From the human T2T-CHM13v2.0 reference genome, Homo sapiens: 64,000 nucleotides of DNA. The stretch lies in assembly GCF_009914755.1 (NCBI RefSeq), contig NC_060929.1. One strand, 5' to 3'. The notes under the pieces are model-generated. The model did no database searches. It was given only the letters and a program-made list of their open reading frames with translations, and was not told where the DNA came from. Shown here one piece after another: positions 54,213 through 64,000 of this stretch. A program made the translations under genes and the position numbers. Within the stretch, counting starts at the first letter, position 1. The number at the start of each line of letters is the position of its first letter.

Positions 54213-54503
54213 CTTTTTTTGAAGATAAGGTCTCACTCTGTTGCCCAGTTTGCAGTGCAGCAGTGTGAACATGGCTTACTACAGCCTCAAACTCCTCAGC
54301 TCAAGACATCCTCCCACCTCAGCCTCCCAAGTATCTGGGACTACAGGTGCGCTCCACCATGCCTGACTAATTTTTGTATTTTTTCTAGAAACAGGGTTTC
54401 ACCATGTTGCCCAAGTTAGTCTTAAACTCCTGGACTCAGGAAATCCACCCGCCTTAACCTCCCAAAGTGCTGGGATTACAGGCATGAGCCACTGTGCCCA
54501 GCC
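54213..54503 (-). mobile_element. AluJ
   Basis: Antisense dimeric Alu, diverged. Confidence 0.88.
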
Positions 54504-55127
54504 AATATTTGCCTTATGTCCTAAGAACTGCCTTTAAAGAAACTTTTAGAGTAGGTCAGCTGATAATTAATTTTCTTGGTTTTTCTTCCTCTAAATAATG
54601 TCTATGTCATCTTTATTTATGATTAATATTTCCACTGGATACAGAATTGTGAATTGACAGTTGTTTTCTTCAGCATTTTAGGAGTGTAACATTTTCTTCT
54701 GGCCTCCATGGAATTCTCAGTCATGCCAGCTGAATTTTGTCTCCTACAAGTAATGCATTGGCTTTCTCTTGCCGCTTTCAAGATTCGTGTGTTTGTGTGT
54801 GTGTGTGTGTGCACGTGCACGCACGCACACACGTGCCCCATTTGTTATAAGTCTTTTTATTGTTATGTACCTGAACATGAATTTCTTTAGCATCATTCTG
54901 TTGGGGGTATGCTAAGCTTCTTAAATCTATAGATTTATGTCCTTCATCAAACTTGGAATGTTTTCAGTCACTATTTCTTCAGATATTGCCCCAGCACTAC
55001 ATGCTTTTTTCTCTCATGTCTCCCTTTAATAATATGAATGTTAGACATTCTTTGTCCCATGTATCCCTGAGCTTTGTTAGCGTCTCCTGCAGTTTTTCTT
55101 ACTAACATTCAGATTAAATAATGCTAT

Positions 55128-55516
55128 TGCTATAGATGAGTGTTTGTGTTTTCGCCCTCCTTAAATTCATATGTTGAAGACCTAACTCTTAATGTGATGT
55201 AATGAAATTAAGAGGTGGGCCCTTCTGGTGGTGATTAGGTTCAGAGGAGGTCACGAGTGTTGAGTCCCCATCATGGGATTAGTGTTCTTATAAGAAGAGA
55301 CCAGACAGCTGGCTCTCTTTCTCTATCTCCAGCATGTGAAGACACAGTAAGAAGATGCTGTCTGCAAGCCAGGAAGACAGGACTCATCAAGAACTAAATC
55401 TGCTGGTGCCTTAATTGTGGGCTTCTCAGCCTCCAGAACTATGATAAGCACATTTCTGTTGTTTAAGCCACTGAGTCTATGGTATTTTGTTGTAGAAGCA
55501 CAAGCTGACTAAGATA
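55128..55516 (+). mobile_element. MLT1A-type MaLR solo LTR
   Basis: TGCTATAG..AAATTCATATGTTGAAG ... GTTTAAGCCAC..GGTATTTTGTT..GACTAAGATA. Confidence 0.8.
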
Positions 55517-55856
55517 GTAGTTGAGCCATCTTCAAATTCACTGACTCCTCTATCATGGCTATTTTGTTAGTGAATATAATTTTTGTTGTCATTTTATTTC
55601 TTATTTTTAAAGTTTGTTTTGTTTATATCTTCTATTTATTTACTGATTTTCCTATCTTTTTATTCAATATTTTCACAATTACTTATTGAAGTATTTATTT
55701 AATAGCTGCTTAAAATCTTTGTCGGATAATTCCAATATCTATGTCTTCTAGGCAAAGGCATCTGCTTATTTTCTTTTCCTATGTGAGCTGATATTTACCT
55801 GATTCCTTTTAAGGTGAGTAATTTTAGATGCTATTCTGGACATAATGAATGTGATA

Positions 55857-56002
55857 TTTTTATTTTATTTATTTTTTCTTTTTTTTGAGATGGGGTCTCG
55901 CTGCGTTGCCCAGGCTTGTCTCCAACTCCTGGGCTCAAGCAATCCATCTGCTTGTGCATCTCAAAGTGCTAGGATTGCAAGTGTAAGCCACTGTGCCCAG
56001 CC
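55857..56002 (-). mobile_element. FLAM / Alu left monomer
   Basis: T-rich tail then GAGATGGGGTCTCGCT..CCACTGTGCCCAGCC. Confidence 0.8.
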
Positions 56003-57325
56003 TTTATATTTTTAGCCCTCAATTTTTTGTTTCGGAGAACTGAAATACCCACACCATAAATTCTGTCTGGGTTTTATAGTGGTACTCTGTGAGAGAGACA
56101 TGATCGTGCACTTACTCTGTTTTATCCAGAATCAAAACACTTCAGAATACATTCGATAGTCTCAATCTTCCTATTTTACTTTCTCTTCAGTAGTTACATT
56201 CAAATAACTGATTTAAATATATCTTTTTCAGTTGTGGTTGTCATTTTTCATTACAGTCTTCCAGAAACATAAGAGCACCCACAACTAATTAATTAATGAC
56301 AATCACTCCCTATGTTAATGTAAAATTACAGAAAATAAAAGAAATATTAGTTGGTACAAAAAATATGTATAGATTTTTAATCATGTTACTGTTTCTCTTA
56401 GCACATAACAAGCATTTTTATTAATGGCTTAAATAAGCGTGTGATTTATGAGCAACATGACTTGACAACTTTAGAATATGTCAGTATTAACAACGCACTA
56501 AGTAAACTACTATACTGAAAAGGCTCAAATTGTATTAACTTTTATTCTTTCCTACATTGTCTTTAAATTCAGTACTACATTAAGTCCAAGAAAAGTAAAA
56601 CTATTCATTAAATTACTCCCCAAAGACTTCAAATTAAACAGCTAGAATCCTTGGGATTTAGAACATATCTCACTTTTATCCAAAATGGCTTGTGTTGAAT
56701 CCCTTTTGACAGAGATGGTTCAACTGTTATAGTGACCTGCTCTTATCAAACTGCTAGCTATTGTCAGTATACTTCTTTTACTTTGGAAGTAGTAAGATAC
56801 AGTTTAACTTTAAAGAATTGAAAGCTCTGCCTGTAATAACTTTATAATACCACGTGGTCAACGTGTTAAAAATGCTTCACAATCACTAATAATAATAGCA
56901 AATTCACAGCAGGTTTTTGGTTAAATTTGTGGGGATTTTTTGTCAATTCAGCGACAGCTGTCAAAATGCATTTTGCTATTTGAAGAAATTTTGACCGAAA
57001 GTGAATGTTTTAATTATTGAAATGTAATATAATTAAAAACTTGGCTTGTAACTAGAGAATCCTCTATTTTTGCCAGTATACACAATCTTCTATGCCATTT
57101 CTCCATTATATTTATTTGGTTTAAGGAAAGATTTATTTTAAAGATCTATACAATTTATAAAAAATTAGTGGTGGAGCTCATATTTCTATAATGGGAAAGA
57201 ATTTTAGAAATCATACCACTCTCATCTTAGAGGTGAAAATTCTCAAACTCAGAGACTCAGCCTACATCATGCAAGTCAGGCACCCCAGTTTTGTAAATCA
57301 CCTAATATTATTTCTATAATATGAA

Positions 57326-58661
57326 AATTATTTTGTGAGTCTCCTGTCCCTCTAAGACAAATGCACAGTAATGCAAAAATTTGCTGAAATTTTAAGGGTT
57401 CATTTAACACTCATGGATGTTATGAGAGTCTCTAGATTAGAAAACTGCAGAAGGACAATTTACTAGCTATCTGGACAAAGAAAAGGCAGGTCTGTACCAC
57501 ACATCTTAAACTAAGGTAACTTCCAAATGGATTAAAATTTTAAAGGTGAAAATGGAAAAATTAATGTTCTAGAATCAAACATGGCTGAGTCATTTCGTTT
57601 TCTTGAAATGAAGAGTTGAGTCTAACTGTACCTCAAAAATCCACAAACTAAAAAGGAGTAACAAATTTGACTATAAAAAAGATAAACATCAAAAGATAAA
57701 TTTAGAAATATATTCAACTCTACACATATTAAGGGCCATTCTAGCATGGTAGGCAGAATGGCTCTTAAGTAAAGTGCCTGCCATAGTCTCCAGATTCTGT
57801 AAATATGTTAATTTGCAAAAGGAACTTTTCTGATATAATCAGCTTTATTTTAAGAAGCTACATTTGTGATAATTTGTTACAGTAGTGTCAGAAAACTTAT
57901 AAAACTATCCAGTATTTAAGAATGAAATTTAGCCTGCAGATATAGTTGAAAATATATTAAGTATTTTTTGCAAATTTTTGTTTATTGAAGCATAGTTTGT
58001 TACTGTTTCCAGTAAAAGACTGGAAAACACCTAAATGTCCATAAGTAGGAATTTGCTGAATAAATTGAGTTACAACCATATTATGGAATACTTCTCAGCT
58101 ATAAATAAGAACAAAAAAGCTTTTTATACTGTTATAAAAAGACATCCAATATATAATATACTGTCAAATGAAAAATACAAACACAATACTATGTGTGAAA
58201 CGATAGAAAAAATTAAAAATCTGTTGATATTTACTTGTATATGCATAAAATCCTTTGGAAAAATATAGAAGAAAGCAACAACTATTTTTAGATATAGTAA
58301 TGAAGAGGAAACTGGGTATTCTCAGTCCCCAGAATTATTTTTGTGAGTCTCCTGTCCCTCTAAGATAAATGCACAGTAATGCAAAAATTTGCTGAAATTT
58401 TAAGGGTTCATTTAATACTCATGGATGTCATGAGAATCTCTAGACTAGAAAACTCTGCAGAGGGACAATTTACTAGCCATCTGGACAAAGAAAAGGCAGG
58501 TCTGTACCACACATCTTAAACTAAGGTAACTTCCAAATGGATTAAAATTTTAAAAGTGAAAATGAAAAAATTAATGTTCTAGAATCAAACATGGCTGAAT
58601 AATTTCATTTTCTTGAAATGAAGAGTTGAGTCTAACTGTACCTCAAAAATCCACAAACTAA
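57326..58661 (+). repeat. Dispersed direct duplication of ~326 bp (57326-57651 and 58333-58661)
   Basis: Manual alignment gives about 12 substitutions and 2 small indels. Confidence 0.95.
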
Positions 58662-58736
58662 GGAAAGGAATATTTCTCTGTGTATATTCTAATAAATGTT
58701 TTAACCATGCATTGTTATTCTAATGTGTGTTTAAAT

Positions 58737-58793
58737 AATGATGATGATGATGATAGATAGATAGATAGATGATAGATAGAGAGATAGATGATA
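58737..58793. repeat. (ATG)n/(GATA)n compound microsatellite
   Basis: Directly visible. Confidence 0.9.
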
Positions 58794-61700
58794 GAATACA
58801 AAAATAATGTATTTGAGTTATCTTACACTACCTTGTGTTTTCTTTCATATATATAACTGCTTAATGGTGTGATTCACTAATAAGGAGAAAACATATCCTG
58901 TCTAAAGGAAGAGAGAAGAGAGAAAAGGAAAGAAAGAAAAACTCATTTTTAATTTGTCATTAACACACCATGTTCTGTTATTGGAAATAAAAATTTGGAT
59001 TTTCCAGTTTCACTGGAGCTGTAATACAAATTCATCTTGATAAGGTAGCAATATTTTCTGAATATTCCACATGAATAGATGTGACATACAGAGGCTAACA
59101 ACACATTACATATTTTTTAAGGGTAGGAGAAGACAAAAAAATTAATTACAAAAACAATTAGCATCAAATATTGAAAAAAGTAGCAAAAGACAACCCATTT
59201 TTCTTACAGTTGCTCCTTTCCTCCCTGACATTGAGCATCTCTTTTCTCTGGTCACTTCTCTGAGAAGCAAACCTTTCTCTCCTCATCTCATAAAATTTGT
59301 TCAATAGTAGGGGTCATGAAATTAAAAGCAGATTTTGCCAATATGCAAAGAGTAAATGTGAGGCCAAGGATGTGGCAGAAATCCAGACCTGTTAGTTCTC
59401 TGCCAGATTTTTAGAGGGTCTCTCCCTAATGCAGGCTTGACTGGCTGGTAACAGTACAAGCAAAGACCTGGGAGGTGGACAGTGATGGGTAAGTTTGGAG
59501 TTCTTTCAAGTTAATAGGGAAGCATTTAGAATAAGGTGTGACAGGTGATATCAAACAAAATTAGGAGGGTCTTAAAGACTAAGTAATTCTAATTAAGCAA
59601 CCAGGCATCTTCACAGATTGTTCAGAAAAGAGTGGCAGCACCAGAGATATGCTCTGAAGATTAATCTGGCAGAGTGTTATACAATATGAATGGATTAAGG
59701 AAGACAAGAGGCCAGAAAATTTGTAGGCAAGAGCATGAGAGAAAGCACTTTTAGATTCAAAATCTACTTTAGCCTTCTAAAAATTAGTGAGGCTGGTTGG
59801 CAGTTGCATTATTTACTGCTAAGTCTGATTAAATCCCAAAAGCATTTTTTAAAGGAGAGATTAAAGGAAGTGAAATCAGAAGTTAGAACCCAGTGAAAGT
59901 ATCCACAATTTTTCAAAAAATTCATTTCCAAAAGGCCATCCAGTTAATGTAAGAAACACTCTGATGCATCCGTGGCTAAAACTCTGATATTTCTTATAAG
60001 AACTGCCATTTCTAAAGTGTAATTGCATAACACATTGCTAAAACAGTAATGAAAGAATTTTAGAGCATCCATCAAAGGACATCGAATGTGAAATAAACAG
60101 CATTAGTTTAGGAATCATGGGATTGCCATACAGGACATTAGACAGCACTGCCCTCTGCAGTTAAATGTGCTCTACTAGTTGAGCCCTTCAGCATTTGTTA
60201 CAAACCCACGCCTCAAACCACTCAGATATTTTGTCATTTCATTTACTGTAGCCAACAAACTGATAGCATTACCAAAGTCTCCAACCTCAATCCCTACAAA
60301 AGGAATTACTTCTAATAATGAAAGGTAGCATGAAAAGTAAGGAATAATGAGGACAAATCCAGTTTTGTTTACTGACTTCTATGTACTAGACTTTGTTCTT
60401 GGTGAACAAGATGGGAAATATTCTTGAATCATTGGTGTTTCGACTCTATGGAAGGGTGGAACCATACCATAAAGAAGCCATCAAACAATTGAATAAAATT
60501 GTCGTAAGTTGTGAAAAATGTCATGAAATAAACCAAATCTAACACAGAATTTCAGGTAGATCTCATCAAAGGAGGTGATGCATCAATTAAAATCTGAGGG
60601 ATAAGAAAAGACATAAATATGTGAAGAGTAGGGAAAAGTAGAGGGAATGGCATGTACAAATATCCTGTGGTGAGCAAAGAGAGTAGCATATTCCAAGAAC
60701 AGAAGGAAGACAGTGTTGCAAGAGAATGCTGAGCAAATGGGACAAAGATAACATAAGGGTTAATTGCTAAGCAGAGACAGATTTTAAATATTTTACCTAC
60801 ATTTAGGACCTGGTAAAAAAAATAAAAATTTTTTCTAAATGCAATAAGGACTTTTTCAAGGGTTTTGAGTGAAAAATAATTGTAAAGTTGTCATGTTGTT
60901 ACAAGATAATTTTGGTTGTTCTGTGGTGAGCACATCCCAAAGGGAGAAGAAAAGACAGCATTCCAGATAGTCTTCAGAGAACTCGTATATCATATAACAA
61001 ACTTATTCTAGTCCAGTCTTTGTTTTGTGGTTATAGAGGAGTGTTAAGGAAGAAGAAAGGTTATATTCACTTATAACCAATCAATTCATAGCCTTACATT
61101 GGTAAACACTTGCCCTGAAATTACATCACTGTCCTCAGCAAAAGAAGATGGTTTAATGACTATTTAATTACAATATATAAAATAGGATTAAGTTCATAAA
61201 ATCATGGGTGAAATTTCAAAAGAGAAGAGTTCACAATGATTTACCACCTTTGAAATGGAAAGGCCCACGATGTGCTACTAGCCTGTACTCTCCAGATAGG
61301 ACCTTACATTTGAACATCCATAGATGGTAAACAGCTCCTATATTATCCCTGTGCAGTCAGGAGGTTGCTTTAACATGAACTATCAATCCCTCTCATATGT
61401 TAACGTAAGAAAGGCTCAAAAATCCCACAAATAACTAGGATTTCCCAACAAAGAAGCCCCTTCTTATTCATTTCCCAGAGTAAATGGCATTTGTCCACTT
61501 CTGATGTAGAACAAGAGAATGGAAATAAAACTACTGATTTTTTTCCAGGAAATTGAGCTGTTAATTCACTCATTTTGAGCCTTTATGATCTTTTCTCCCT
61601 GAAGTAGAAAAGAGAGAGAGAGAATTTTGCTCACCATTCAGGATCTCTTTTTGTACTTTAAAACAACTCAGCAGTACTATCTGTAATACAGTTCCACAGA

Positions 61701-62304
61701 GAGAAAAATTTATTTTCTATAAAAAGTGATACATTAAACATTCCAGTTTCTGGCTGCGGCATTAATGGAAAGCTTAAGGACTTCTAGAATTGAATTAACT
61801 GCCCCAGTAATTTGAAGTTATTCTGATTTCTTAGTCTAGGTTTTCATAGCTTACAAGTATGTGCGTGAAAATGAAATCATGAACGGAATATTAACAGACT
61901 GATAAAGAGCCTTCCAACTGGTGACACAGAATCCACTGCTACAAATAACTAAATGAGATTAATATTACTGATAATATATATTCTCTATACTTTGATGCAC
62001 ACCATTATCTATTTCAATTTCTAACATATCTGCCATGCTTTATTTACTTTTATTTTTAAATTAATATAAATAGAAGCTGGCGTCCATGTAATATGAATAC
62101 CTTTTATGCAGCACTAAGTAAAACACTGGTTCTGTGAATATTCAGTTCACTTATCAAATGTCATAGTGTGTGTGTGTGTTAGGTTAACCATTTCAGAGTG
62201 AGTAATGATCAATATTTAAGGAATATTTGAGGCCTAACAAACATATCAATACTTGTACAAATTTAGCTTCTTTGCAGAACTGGAAGTAATGATTTATTTC
62301 TAGT

Positions 62305-62590
62305 TTTGGTTTTTTGTTTGTTTTAGAGACAGAGTCTTGCTCTGTCACCCAGGCTGGAGACAGTGGAGCAATCTCAGCTAACTGCAGCCTCTAACTTTTG
62401 GTTCAAGAGATTCTCCCACCTCAGCTTCCCAAATAGCTAGGACTACAGGTACAAGCCATCATGCCCAGCTTACTTTTTAATTTTTTGTAGAGATGGGGTC
62501 TCAATATGCGGCCCAGCCTGGTCTTGAACTCCTGGCCTCAAGAAATCCCCCCGCCTCAACCTCCTAAAGTGCTGGGCACCATGCCCAGCC
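62305..62590 (-). mobile_element. AluJ
   Basis: Antisense diverged dimeric Alu. Confidence 0.88.
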
Positions 62591-62960
62591 TATTCCTAGT
62601 TTTCAGTTAGATATATTTAATACTGGAGGATTATCTAATGCTATGTGAGGGTACATTTTTACCATGAGAGATGGACAAATATTAAAATTCTGTTCAGCAT
62701 CACAAATACTGCATCAGGGTAGGCTGAAGTCAAGCTTCTGAGACTATTCTGGCCTAATTAGCAGTACAATATTTGTTTAAAAGTCTCCCTTTCATGACTT
62801 CTGCCATTAGAAACTAAACACCATGGAAATGGCTTTTGTAAAGCAACATTTCTTTATTCCTGTATTTTTCTTCTATCTCTCAACTAAGTAAGGATTCTAC
62901 AAATGCAATGTCTCTCTTTTGTTTTACTAATAGATATTGCAAAATGTACCTTTTTAAGAG

Positions 62961-63259
<299 letters not shown>

Positions 63260-63600
63260 GAGAGCCAAACAAGTAAATGAAATTAAGTCCAATTCAAGTT
63301 TACCAGATTAAAAAAAAAAAGAAAAGAAAAAAAAGAACAGAGCTATAGATCAGGAGCCCATTGCTTAATAATGAGCTAAAGGCAGATTGTAAAGTTGACG
63401 GATTTCACAAAGTATTTTATTGAGGTCATGCACAATTATAAGCATTGGAACTGCAGTGAAATGACAAAAGTCTGTGTGTAACTTTAATGGAATCTATTAA
63501 TAATTGACATTTATTGAGTAATTTATAGGAAGTCTCAAGATCCAAAATATTTCTTGATGGTTTCACTTAATCTTACAAGAACCCAGTTAAATTTCTACTT

Positions 63601-63865
63601 TTTTTAAGCGTTATTTTAAGTTCCAGGATACATGTGCAGGATGTGCAGGTTTGTTACATAGGCAAACGTGTGCCATGGTGGTTTGCTGCATGCACTATTC
63701 ATGATAGCAAAGACAGGGAATCAACTCAACTGCCCATCAATGATAGACTGGATTAAGAAAATGTGATACATATACACTATGGAATACTATGCAGCCATAA
63801 GAAGGAATGAGAATATGTCTTTTGCAGGGACATGGATGGAGGTGGAAACCATTATTTTCAGCAAA
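63601..63865 (-). mobile_element. 5'-inverted (twin-primed) L1PA insertion
   Basis: Antisense 3' end at 63601-63690 joined to a sense upstream segment at 63691-63865; TSD TTAAATTTCTACTT at 63587-63600 and 63866-63879. Confidence 0.9.
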
Positions 63866-64000
63866 TTAAATTTCTACTTTTAAACTCCCTATTTGAAAAA
63901 TGAGAAAATACAGGGTTAGAGCGTTTTAATGACTTACTCAAGGTCATAGAACTCAAAAGTGTTGGGTCAGGGATTTGAAGGCAAGCTGGCTCACTCTTAC

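Larger units (their letters stand above)
49790..55850 (-). mobile_element. Long old L1M (antisense) interrupted by younger L1MA/PB 3' ends (~51655-51895, ~53175-53917), an Alu and MLT1
   Basis: Continuous T-rich antisense L1 ORF2/ORF1-like motifs that resume after each insertion. Confidence 0.7.

Noticed and set aside
54786-54836. (TG)n-GCACGTGCAC-(CA)n quasi-palindrome
   Set aside because: A common alternating purine-pyrimidine microsatellite form with no sign of function.

Overview
AT-rich, gene-poor primate (human/great-ape-like) genomic DNA made mostly of interspersed repeats. No host protein-coding exon can be supported, and nearly all listed ORFs are spurious or decayed retroviral fragments. 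The dominant structure is a 13.5-kb nested retroviral stack. A near full-length HERV-L provirus (MLT2A1-type LTRs at 13794-14400 and 26836-27334, Leu PBS, decayed gag-pro-RT-RNaseH-IN-dUTPase) has its dUTPase region hit twice. One insertion is a two-LTR, internally deleted HERV-E/Harlequin-like provirus (19197-24761, Glu PBS, same orientation) with a strong G-to-A, Trp-to-stop APOBEC3-like signature. The other is an antisense LTR12C-like solo LTR (25001-26299, TSD TTAT). Elsewhere there are Alus (one nested antisense inside another), L1 fragments (including a twin-primed inverted L1 with a perfect TSD), DNA transposon fossils, MaLR/ERV1 solo LTRs, microsatellites and two short dispersed local duplications. 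Repeat family names come from recalled consensus sequences, not from a database search.
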